Below are positions 29,982 to 38,575 of a stretch of DNA of 64,000 nucleotides, piece after piece. Within the stretch, counting starts at the first letter, position 1, and each line of letters opens with the position of its first letter. The stretch is from Syntrophales bacterium (GTDB lineage Bacteria; Desulfobacterota; Syntrophia; Syntrophales; UBA2210). The stretch spans positions 1-64,000 of the forward strand of contig CAXXKT010000002.1 in the NCBI GenBank assembly GCA_963662405.2, given 5' to 3'. The translations under genes were made by a program, and so were the position numbers. The notes under the pieces are model-generated. The model worked only from the letters and a program-made list of their open reading frames with translations. It was not told the origin of the DNA and made no database searches.

Positions 29982-31172
29982 TTAATATTTCCTTTGGAAT
30001 CGCCTAACCATTTTATGTACCCGTTCAGTTCTGGAATCCTTCTTCCGGTGGTACTTTGCTCTTTTTTCCTTGACCCGTGCTTGCACGTCGGGAAGATATT
30101 CAGGGTACATAGAAACTTGTTCGGCATAGGTAGCAACACAATCATGAATACTGTAAGTGGTTTCAGGACTTCTCCTTTTTTCTTGATCAAGAGCATGAAG
30201 TGAAATGGCTAATCCATTTAACTGTTGAATCAGTCGTATCTCATCATTACACACGGCCTTTTCCCTCACGAGAGGTTCGGCATCCTGTACATTGTTGAAT
30301 CCATTTTGAATCACCTTCCACCACCCAAAGGTTGACCTCTGGGTGTGATGAAGACCCGGCCTGTCCTGAAACTTGAGCCAATTTCTTGTGCAATACGCCC
30401 AAAGATTAACCGCCTTTTTTAAAAGATCAGAAGGCGTGTCAATATGGACTTCATCAAGGACTTCCCGCCTCATCTGAAATTCAAACCGTATAATCTTGGA
30501 GCTTTCCGGAACTTCCGAAATACCCCATACATCAAACATCCATGTTTTTTTCGATTGCTGTTTGATCTCCAAAGGCTTGTCATACAGTCGGGCTGAAATA
30601 TCACCTTTTCCGATCCGAATACCGGTCAGCTTTTTGTGCCGAAAATAGGGAGCATAATCGGTTGCACGACTGACAACATATTCCAAGAGCTTCGTATTCC
30701 ACCATCCTTCGGGCATAAGAACATCAACGCATAAGTCAACACGGCTTACTCTTTTCTTTGTAATATATCCCCCATTTGCTTCAACAATTCCCACCACCGT
30801 TTTAATTGCTTTATGTACGCCCAAATGCCAGAGGGTTTCAGAACGAATTTCTACGATAACACTTGCTTGAGGCCCCGGTTCTTTCCAGTTGCCCACTTTG
30901 AAGGTAAAATCAGAGGCCAAGAGAATCCAAGCATATCCCTTAGCCCCATGCGGTTTGATCAAGAAAGGCCACTCTTCAGAAGGATCGGCATATTTCAGTT
31001 TTCCCGGATGATCTTTTTTGAGCTCTTGGGCTTTTTTTTTCAGTTCTTCGAGATATGGAAATAAACGAGGGCCGCGCCAGGCAACATCCATAGATAAAAC
31101 AAGGGTATCCACACCAGAGGCAAGTATATTTTCCTGATTAATTTTCACCTTTGAGGGGTACCTGATAGTCAT
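29982..31172 (-). CDS. Rolling-circle replication initiator / relaxase, Rep_trans-like
   Basis: GVDTLVL, VSRVDLCVD, IRIGKG...ARLYDKPLE, IIRFEFQMR. Confidence 0.75.
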   Translation of the reverse strand: MTIRYPSKVKINQENILASGVDTLVLSMDVAWRGPRLFPYLEELKKKAQELKKDHPGKLKYADPSEEWPFLIKPHGAKGYAWILLASDFTFKVGNWKEPGPQASVIVEIRSETLWHLGVHKAIKTVVGIVEANGGYITKKRVSRVDLCVDVLMPEGWWNTKLLEYVVSRATDYAPYFRHKKLTGIRIGKGDISARLYDKPLEIKQQSKKTWMFDVWGISEVPESSKIIRFEFQMRREVLDEVHIDTPSDLLKKAVNLWAYCTRNWLKFQDRPGLHHTQRSTFGWWKVIQNGFNNVQDAEPLVREKAVCNDEIRLIQQLNGLAISLHALDQEKRRSPETTYSIHDCVATYAEQVSMYPEYLPDVQARVKEKRAKYHRKKDSRTERVHKMVRRFQRKY

Positions 31173-31591
31173 ACGGTACCCCCACTATCAGATGACAGAT
31201 CAAGGGACATTTGCCCCTCAGATATCCACCGGTTTTTAGCAACACGTCTCTTTTTGTCTTTGCTTTTGATATTTCCCTGACTTCTGGATCTGATCGGATG
31301 ATCTGAAGATTGCTCAGCATCAAAAAAGTTAGCCTTTGCGGTCTCTCTGCCGGACCGCTTTGGCTTTTCGCATCCAGAATGCTGGCGACGAAGGAGAGTA
31401 GTTTTTTCCTCTTCCGATAGTACACGTGAACCGGGAAAGGCTTGGAGTATTTTATTGATGAGCGGTTGATGTTTTTTCTTGATTATATCAGCGTAAGTTC
31501 TCAGGGGCTGTGCCGACAAATTATATATACGGCTCACCTCTTCACGAACGGGGATTTCATCATTTAACGAAAGATTATGCTTTAAAAACAT
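31169..31591 (-). CDS. Hypothetical basic protein translationally coupled to rep (candidate leader)
   Basis: ATGA overlap with rep; its SD lies in a hairpin. Confidence 0.6.
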   Translation of the reverse strand: MFLKHNLSLNDEIPVREEVSRIYNLSAQPLRTYADIIKKKHQPLINKILQAFPGSRVLSEEEKTTLLRRQHSGCEKPKRSGRETAKANFFDAEQSSDHPIRSRSQGNIKSKDKKRRVAKNRWISEGQMSLDLSSDSGGTV

Positions 31592-31622
31592 AAAACTCTC
31601 CCATGTGCAGTGGGAGAGCCTC

Positions 31623-31651
31623 TTGACACACCCGATCTAACGGAATATCAT
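31623..31651 (+). promoter_or_regulatory. Sigma70 promoter, antisense to the rep operon
   Basis: TTGACA-17 nt-TATCAT. Confidence 0.7.
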
Positions 31652-31657
31652 TACAAG

Positions 31658-31740
31658 TGATATTGGGCTGCCGAAAGGCTCTCATATCGTTACAGAGACC
31701 AAGCACCGGGACCGGCCAAAGTCAGGTGCTTGGTCTCACT
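31658..31740 (+). ncRNA. Putative countertranscript (antisense copy-control RNA)
   Basis: Downstream of the promoter, with no ORF, ending in a 13-bp stem GAGACCAAGCACC/GGTGCTTGGTCTC (31695-31737). Confidence 0.5.
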
Positions 31741-31745
31741 CCTGA

Positions 31746-32015
31746 TTATTCTTTAATCTTCAATTCTCCTTCTTCGTTGAAGGTAATTTTCCCACTGGCA
31801 ATGCCTGCCCGGATATTCTTTATGAGTTTCTGACCGAATTTAAAGGCAGCAAGCAAACCGATTTTCTCCAACATGATTGCATCTTCATATGCTGACTCTA
31901 AGAGGTTCCTCATTAGCTGACTCCTGCTGACCCCGATCTTAGTCGCCATTTCATCGAGCTTTGCGACAAATTCAGGTTCAAGTTGAACGGTATATTGCTC
32001 TTTTGTCTTTTTCAT
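31746..32015 (-). CDS. Ribbon-helix-helix (CopG-like) repressor
   Basis: YTVQLEPEFVAKLDEMA...VSRSQLMRNLL. Confidence 0.85.
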   Translation of the reverse strand: MKKTKEQYTVQLEPEFVAKLDEMATKIGVSRSQLMRNLLESAYEDAIMLEKIGLLAAFKFGQKLIKNIRAGIASGKITFNEEGELKIKE

Positions 32016-32026
32016 ATCTTGCCCCC

Positions 32027-32052
32027 ATTATGATGTGACTTTACATCATAAT
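32027..32052. promoter_or_regulatory. Palindromic operator upstream of the copG-like gene
   Basis: ATTATGATGT-6 nt-ACATCATAAT, perfect 10-bp arms. Confidence 0.6.
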
Positions 32053-32136
32053 CATCTCATATATCATTTCCATTGTCAAAGGTTTTTTTTCTAATGAAAT
32101 TCAAAAAATGCGGGGAGAGAGCTAATCACACAAAGA

Positions 32137-32266
32137 CTCTCCCCTTACGCCTTGCCGTGATTAGCACGAGCGCCCGAACTGTCAAGGGTTCCCTTCGGCT
32201 CACTTCGTTCGGCCTTGACAGTCCGGCCTTGGCTCGTGCTTAAAAATAATCAGGCGACGGGGAGAG
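32137..32266. other. Long imperfect hairpin, candidate single-strand/double-strand origin of element B
   Basis: Nested arms CTCTCCCC/GGGGAGAG, TGATTA/TAATCA, AGCACGAGC/GCTCGTGCT, ACTGTCAAGG/CCTTGACAGT. Confidence 0.55.
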
Positions 32267-32622
32267 GGTAGGGCGACATTCAGGCTCAAGGAAAAGGGTA
32301 GAAACTATGTAAATGTTCATTTTGATGGTTCATGTCCACTTATTTGTCGGAATAATTTGGTAGCATAAGTTGTAATCACAATATGAAAGCAAAACATTAA
32401 ATTATCTTGACAATACACTGCCATAGAGTTAACAACTAGTTGTTTTAAATCTTGATGTAAATTTTCTTAAAGTACCCAGCTGTAACAATCAGTTGCCCTG
32501 AATCAGTACGCTATGCGCGCAGCATCTCATGAATCAGTGAATTGATTTGACCCATTCAGGATAAATCATCCGCAGAGTGTTATGTCTATTAACGAAAGAT
32601 ATATCTATAAGGTGTGAATTTT

Positions 32623-32967
32623 ATGAAAAGAACGATCTCAGTCTTTATCGCATCTCCAAGTGATCTCGCCAATGAGCGTCGTTATTTCAAGGAAGCAATT
32701 AAACAGTTAAACGTAGGCTTTGGCGATGGTGCAAATGTCGAATTTGTACCTTTGGGATGGGAGGATACCCTGGCATCAACAGGAAGACGGAACCAGGATG
32801 TGATCAATAAAGAAGTAGATGAGTGTGATGTGTTTATTTTGGTAATGTATAGACGGTGGGGCCAAAACGCGCTCGATGCAGAACCATATACGTCATACAC
32901 AGAAGAGGAATTTTACAGAGCCCTTGAACGGTGGAAAAAAGAAGAGTCTCCTGAGATATTTGTTTTT
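32623..32967 (+). pseudogene. 5' part (DUF4062, TIR-like) of the IS-interrupted DUF4062-TPR gene
   Basis: VFIASPSDLANER...CDVFILVM..RWG...SYTEEEF; interrupted at the IS terminus. Confidence 0.85.
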
Positions 32968-33030
32968 GGCGATTATATACTTGACAAACCCATTTGGGGG
33001 TGCTATTCTACTTTCAAATGGAGGCAAACC

Positions 33031-33960
33031 ATGAAAACTATAGGATTTGATGCCCCGTATTTCACGGACGATAAAAAGGCTAGGCTATATCTTGAAAAAG
33101 TAAGATGGCCTAATGGTCCAATTTGTCCCCACTGTGGGAGTAATGAAAAGCATTATTCTCTCAAGAGCAAAGAAGATTCTAAGAAACCAGTCCGGGAAGG
33201 TGTATGGAAGTGCAAAAAATGTAGGAAGCAATTCAGTGTTACCGTGGGAACGGTCTTTGAGAAAAGCCACATACCACTTAACAAATGGCTATTTGCAACG
33301 TTTCTTATTTGCTCTTCCAAGAAAGGTGCGAGCGCACATCAACTGCATCGTATGATAGGGGTTACCTATAAAACAGCGTGGTTTATGTTTCACCGTATTA
33401 GATACGCAATGGATCAAAAGCCAAAAGGGAAAATGACTGGTACGGTTGAAGCTGATGAGACCTATGTTGGCGGGAAGGGGCATGGCAAGCGTGGGCGTGG
33501 TGCCGAAAAAAAGACTCCGGTCTTTTCCTTGGTAGAACGTAATGGTTCCGTAAGGTCCATGCCAGTAGAGCGCGTTACAAGTGTAAACCTAAAGGCCATT
33601 ATTAGGGAACATGTTGAAAAAACTGCAACTATAATGACCGATGACTTTCTTTCCTATCGTGGCTTGGGACGTGAATTCTCGTTGCATCACGTCATTAACC
33701 ATGGTAATAAAGAATACGTCCGTGGGAATGTACACACCAACACGATTGAGGGGTATTTTAGTATCCTTAAACGCGGGATAGTTGGGGTTTATCAGCATGT
33801 TGGTAAACAGCATCTTCACAGATACCTTTCTGAATTTGATTTCCGGTACAACGAACGTAAAGTTGATGATGCACAACGGAGTGTATTGGCTCTGTGTGGC
33901 ATTGAAGGGAAAAGACTTATGTACAGGGACTCATCGGCAGAAAGAAGGATTGCAATGTGA
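33031..33960 (+). CDS. IS1595-family transposase
   Basis: Zn ribbon CPHC..CKKC, EADETY, MTDD, HTNTIEG, YLSEFDFRYN; GGAGG SD; promoter TTGACA-17-TATTCT at 32981-33009. Confidence 0.95.
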   Translation: MKTIGFDAPYFTDDKKARLYLEKVRWPNGPICPHCGSNEKHYSLKSKEDSKKPVREGVWKCKKCRKQFSVTVGTVFEKSHIPLNKWLFATFLICSSKKGASAHQLHRMIGVTYKTAWFMFHRIRYAMDQKPKGKMTGTVEADETYVGGKGHGKRGRGAEKKTPVFSLVERNGSVRSMPVERVTSVNLKAIIREHVEKTATIMTDDFLSYRGLGREFSLHHVINHGNKEYVRGNVHTNTIEGYFSILKRGIVGVYQHVGKQHLHRYLSEFDFRYNERKVDDAQRSVLALCGIEGKRLMYRDSSAERRIAM

Positions 33961-34769
33961 GGTCTTTTGATATGACTGAAATAAAAATACGGGTTTTGTT
34001 AAACAAGGGGAAAATCGGTGTTCCCCTAGATAAACTTGGAAACATTTCTAGTGAAACGATGAAATTCTTGCGTTTAATGACTCGTGATGTGGGAATTTCT
34101 TCCTTTGACAAAGGCAAATGGATAGCGAAAAATTTTGAAAATGGTTCTCTTGCTTATGATAGCGTTTATGAGGGTGTCTATGAGCAGGAACATGTAGAAA
34201 AGTTTAATGCTGGGATTGTATATACAACTTCTCGTTTGCAAGAGGATATACCACGCTGCGATTTTGTGAGTTCTGAAACCATGTTGCAATATACAAAAAT
34301 CGGGAATCATATTGATGCAGGAGAAGTAATTGAGTTTGGACTGTACAAAAACGGAACGAGAGTTCCCGGTGAATGGAAAGAGCTAACAAAAGAAAAGGCG
34401 GAACAAATATCCAAGGTTGTTAAAACTTATGTAGAATATATGGGCTCAATATATGGCTCCATTCACGCTTTTAACAAGGGTGCTAAACCACAATTTATAA
34501 GTGTAAGGGATGCCATAACCGGTGATTTGATTCATTGCGAATTTGGGTTAGAGCACTATCAAGATATAATACGAGCCCTTAAAGGACCAAATTCAACTGT
34601 ATATATTTCTGGTCGGATTAAAGAAAACCTTGTCACCAAAAAGATTGACTCCATTTCTTTAACAAGAATTAAGGTTGCTCCTGTATTATCTGATGAAGAA
34701 TATCACATGTTTTTTGGATGTGCTCCCGATATTGAATCAATAAAGGATGATGATATCTATGGAGACTGA
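33957..34769 (+). CDS. IS passenger hypothetical protein (C-terminal OB-fold-like beta region)
   Basis: 270-aa ORF overlapping tnp and the PIN gene. Confidence 0.7.
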   Translation: MRSFDMTEIKIRVLLNKGKIGVPLDKLGNISSETMKFLRLMTRDVGISSFDKGKWIAKNFENGSLAYDSVYEGVYEQEHVEKFNAGIVYTTSRLQEDIPRCDFVSSETMLQYTKIGNHIDAGEVIEFGLYKNGTRVPGEWKELTKEKAEQISKVVKTYVEYMGSIYGSIHAFNKGAKPQFISVRDAITGDLIHCEFGLEHYQDIIRALKGPNSTVYISGRIKENLVTKKIDSISLTRIKVAPVLSDEEYHMFFGCAPDIESIKDDDIYGD

Positions 34770-35316
34770 AAACCGGGTATACATGGATTCGTGTTGTTTT
34801 ATTGATATGGCGAAGATGGCAAAAATTACTCATCTCAATAAAAACACACACGATCCAACCGGAAGAACTGAGGATGTATGGTACTTGAGGCGTCTGTGTG
34901 ATGCTGCTAGGGCTGGAGATATCGAGATTATAAGCTCAACGTTGGCAATAGCCGAATGTCTTCATGATGGCAATCGAGACAAAATAGATGATACAGCAAA
35001 GGATTTATTTGAAAAATACCTAACTTCAGGAAGTGTTGTTTTACCTATTGAAGCTGGGTATGATGTGTGTGTTCAAGCGAGAGATTTATTTTGGAGGCAC
35101 GGGATTCTTTTGTCGGGTGCAGATCAGGTGCATCTCGCATCAGCAATTGAAACGAATTGCAGGGAGCTCATCACCACTGACGAGAAAATACAGACTAGGC
35201 AGAAATTTCATGATGCTATTGCGCCAATAGAGAAAATACTTGGAATCACAGTTATTCGCGCTTCGGCTACCACGATATTGCCGGGGAAATATAGACAAGT
35301 ACAAGCAGGCATATGA
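34759..35316 (+). CDS. PIN-domain ribonuclease
   Basis: VYMDSCCFI, STLAIAE, ADQVHLASA, LITTD. Confidence 0.82.
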   Translation: METENRVYMDSCCFIDMAKMAKITHLNKNTHDPTGRTEDVWYLRRLCDAARAGDIEIISSTLAIAECLHDGNRDKIDDTAKDLFEKYLTSGSVVLPIEAGYDVCVQARDLFWRHGILLSGADQVHLASAIETNCRELITTDEKIQTRQKFHDAIAPIEKILGITVIRASATTILPGKYRQVQAGI

Positions 35317-35486
35317 ATAAAAGCAAAAAGAATAAAGAAAATAAACCGCTAGAAATTGGTTCGCCAGTAATTGAACGCGATGAATTTGATGCGTTAATCA
35401 AGAAGGTTCTTTCTGTTCCCCCACCCAAGAAATCAGAAAAGAAAAGTAAAAAACAACGTCAAAAGGAGAATAAACATGAAGAATGA
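35313..35486 (+). CDS. 57-aa basic hypothetical protein (below the ORF-track cutoff)
   Basis: MNKSKK...EFDALIKKVLSVPPPKK...; overlaps the PIN stop. Confidence 0.45.
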   Translation: MNKSKKNKENKPLEIGSPVIERDEFDALIKKVLSVPPPKKSEKKSKKQRQKENKHEE

Positions 35487-35721
35487 AAAACAGACTTCAG
35501 AAGAAGTTGCAAAACTTGCAGCGCAAACACTCCAAGACGATAATTCTTCCGCTACCGCTAAAAAGTTAGCTGCTTCTGTACTGTCACAATCGGGTACTGG
35601 AAAACAAACAGGCGCAGAGATAGAAGACCTTGCATCAAAGGTATTACAGAGCGATAAATATAGTGACGACACAAAGTCACTTGCTGGATCAGCACTTTCA
35701 CAATCCAACAAAGATAGGTAG
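35476..35721 (+). CDS. Small protein with two internal about 38-aa repeats
   Basis: KQT...A..L.D..S...K.LA.S.LSQ occurs twice; AAGGAG SD. Confidence 0.75.
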   Translation: MKNEKQTSEEVAKLAAQTLQDDNSSATAKKLAASVLSQSGTGKQTGAEIEDLASKVLQSDKYSDDTKSLAGSALSQSNKDR

Positions 35722-35724
35722 CGA

Positions 35725-35991
35725 CTATCCTTTCTCTATAAGATCTGTAATTTTCTTTACGCTACAAGTTGGTATATGAATAATACCTGATGCTTGGATA
35801 TTGGTTTCTGATGATATATCACCCATGTTCGGAGCAATGGCCTTTACATCTTTACCGTCATAAATCATGAATCCAACAGAAACACACGATATTGGATCGC
35901 TCTTATGATAGTCACTGAGGTGTTGCCACTCTGGGTATGGCCTCACACTATCAAACCATTCAATCATTACCATTCTAACTTTTTTCTTCAT
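35725..35991 (-). CDS. Hypothetical protein (IEWFDS...CVSVG...IP type)
   Basis: 88-aa ORF starting just inside the right IS end. Confidence 0.65.
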   Translation of the reverse strand: MKKKVRMVMIEWFDSVRPYPEWQHLSDYHKSDPISCVSVGFMIYDGKDVKAIAPNMGDISSETNIQASGIIHIPTCSVKKITDLIEKG

Positions 35992-36032
35992 ATTTATATT
36001 GGGTTTCTAAAGTATATAATCGCCTTGTTTTT

Positions 36033-38255
36033 TTCAAGCGAGTTGATTCGGCATCAGAAGCAGACCCCGGGCCTCAACTAAAAAAAGTGATTGATTTTAA
36101 AAAACGATTAGAAGATACGAGGCAGATTATTTATCGCTATTTCGACGATAAATCTGGTTTTGTCAAAGAGGTGGATAGCCATCTTCGTGCTTACGTAAAA
36201 GGAGATTTACCTAAAACGCCGTCAAGCAAAGATATAATTGTATTACCCACGGCTGCGATTGAAGAGATTGAAAAAGCTAAAACCTATGCTGAACAGAAAG
36301 CTTTAGAGGCAGAACAAGCTCATGATAATGCAGAAAAAACGCGTATTAAATTAGAGAAAATGCAATTACAAACTGCAAAGGATGCGGCGGAATTATCAAA
36401 AGAGGGGAAAATAGAATATGCACGGGAGAAATTTTCAGAGCTTTTAATAGAGTCAGTTGATTTGAGGATTTTATCTCTTGCATATGAGTTCTTCAATTGT
36501 ACAGGTGATTTGGATTCAGCATTTGAAGCTTCGAGAAAGTGGTTAAGCATAAGTGGTCCTGATCAGAAATCCGCTGCTACAGCAAGTGCCTATGGCAATC
36601 TCGGAGTTCTGTATAAGACGCGAGGCGATTTTGAGCGCGCAGAAGAAATGTACCAAAAGTCATTGGTTATCGATGAGGCACTTGATCGTAAAGAAGGCGT
36701 GGCAATCACCTATGGCAACCTCGGTGTCCTGTATCAGATACGAGGTGACCTTGAGCGCGCAGAAGAAATGTACCAAAAGTCATTGACTATCAATGAGGAG
36801 ATTGGTCGTAAAGAGGGTATGGCAAATGCCTATGGGAACCTTGGAGTTCTGTATAAGATGCGAGGCGATATTCAGAAGTCCGAAGAAATGTATCATAAGT
36901 CATTGGCTATCGATGAGAAGATTGGTCGCAAAGAGGGTATGGCAAATGCCTATGGGAATCTCGGGATTTTGTATCAGATACGAGGTGACCTAGAGCACGC
37001 CGAAGAAATGTTTCAAAAGGCATTGACCATCAATGAAACGCTTGGTCGCAAAGAGGGTATGGCAAATAACTATTCTAGCCTCGGAATCCTCTATATAACG
37101 CGAGGTGACATCGAGAGATCCGAAGAAATGCACCAAAAGGCATTGGCCATAGATGACGCGCTCGGTAGCAAAGCCGGTATGGCAAATGAATATGGCAACC
37201 TCGGAATCTTGTATATGAAACGAGGCGATCTTGCGCGAGCCGAAGAAATGCACCAAAGAGCATTGGCCATCAATGAGGCTCTTGGTCGCAAAGAAGGTAT
37301 GGCAAATGCCTATGGCAACCTCGGAATCCTGTATAAGACGCGAGGCGACCTTGCGCGAGCCGAAGAAATGTTTCAAAAGGCATTGACCATCAATGAAACG
37401 CTTGGTCGCAAAGAAGGTATGGCAAATGACTATTCAAACCTCGGGATCCTGTATAAGACGCGAGGGAACCTAGAGCACGCCGAAGAAATGTACCAAAAGG
37501 CATTGACCATATCTGAGGCACTTGGCAGCAAAGAGGGTATGGCAATTGACTATAGCAACCTCGGGATCCTGTATAAGACGCGAGGCGACCTAGACCGCGC
37601 AGAAGAAATGTACCAAAAAGCATTGGCCATCGATGAAGCGCTTGGTCGTAAAGAGGGCATGGCAAATGAATATGGCAATCTCGGGATACTGTATATGGAT
37701 CGGGGCGACTTAGAACGCGCCGAAGAAATGTACCAAAAGTCATTGGCTATCAATGAGGAGATTGGTCGCAAGGAGGGTATAGCAAATGCCTATGGAAACC
37801 TCGGAATTCTGTATCAGAGGCGAGGTGATCTAGAGCACGCCGAAGAAGTGTTCCAAAAGTCATTGGCTATCAATGAGGAGATTGGTCGCAAGGAGGGTAT
37901 AGCAAATGCCTATGGGAACCTCGGGATACTGTATCAGATGCGAGGGAACCTAGAGCACGCCGAAGAAATGCACCAAAAGTCATTGGCTATCAATGAGGAG
38001 ATTGGTCGCAAAGAGGGTATGGCAATTGGCTATAGCAACCTCGGGATCCTGTATAAGATGCGAGGGAACCTAGAGCACGCCGAAGAAATGTTCCAAAAGT
38101 CATTGACTATCAATGAGGAGATTGGTCACAAAGAGGGCATGGCAATTGGCTATAGTAACCTCGGGATCCTGTATAAGACACTAGGCGATCTTGAGCGCGC
38201 TGAAGAAATGCACCAAAGGTCATCACATCTTTTTACTGAATTGAAAAAATCATAG
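36033..38255 (+). pseudogene. 3' part of the DUF4062-TPR gene (coiled linker plus 14 TPR-like 40-aa repeats)
   Basis: Removing the IS and one TSD joins ...PEIFVF to FKRVDSASEADPGPQLKKVIDF... in frame. Confidence 0.88.
36591..38252 (+). repeat. Coding tandem repeat, 14 units of 120 bp (last one partial)
   Basis: YGNLGILY..RGD...AEEM.QK.L.I.E..G.KEG.A with an exact 120-bp period. Confidence 0.95.
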
Positions 38256-38381
38256 CACTAAAAGAACATACATTTAGACATTGTTCTATTTCAGACAAAA
38301 GATGTCAGCACCCTGCCAAGTATAAAGTGGTGCAAAAGTGGTGCAACCACCTTGTAAGTAGTTGATATTATTGGCTGTCGT

Positions 38382-38418
38382 CAGGTTCAAATCCTGCCGC
38401 CCCGACCATTTTTATATT
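38382..38418 (+). repeat. attR of element B (tRNA-Pro 3' repeat, copy 3)
   Basis: CAGGTTCAAATCCTGCCGCCCCGACCATTTTTATATT, identical to 28572-28608. Confidence 0.93.
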
Positions 38419-38575
38419 GTACAATCTTTATTTGTCATTATCTTCTCCAATTTATCCCTTCCCTTTTTTTCAACAATCCACGAAACAGTCTCTCTCTATT
38501 GGTCTGTCTCGATTGGTATGGCCATGCGATACTTACTTTGTTATAATGTCAGGAAAACCCGGTACGGGAGCTTCC

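Larger units (their letters stand above)
32968..36024 (+). mobile_element. IS1595-family transporter IS with passenger genes (3057 bp)
   Basis: Terminal IRs GGCGATTATATACTT / AAGTATATAATCGCC; 8-bp target duplication TTGTTTTT at 32960-32967 and 36025-36032. Confidence 0.95.
28602..38418. mobile_element. Element B: integrated rolling-circle-type element (copG-leader-rep-int plus defence-like cargo), about 9.8 kb including a 3.06-kb IS
   Basis: 37-bp direct repeats, tyrosine recombinase, Rep_trans-like protein, RHH repressor, AT-rich. Confidence 0.88.

Noticed and set aside
32481..32587. TAAC...GTTATGT segment before the DUF4062 gene as an attC site
   Set aside because: The inner arms pair poorly and there is no clear complementary R'' box after the gene.
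36591..38252. 120-bp periodic repeat as a CRISPR array or DGR target
   Set aside because: It is an in-frame coding repeat with no unique spacers, and there are no cas genes or reverse transcriptase in the window.
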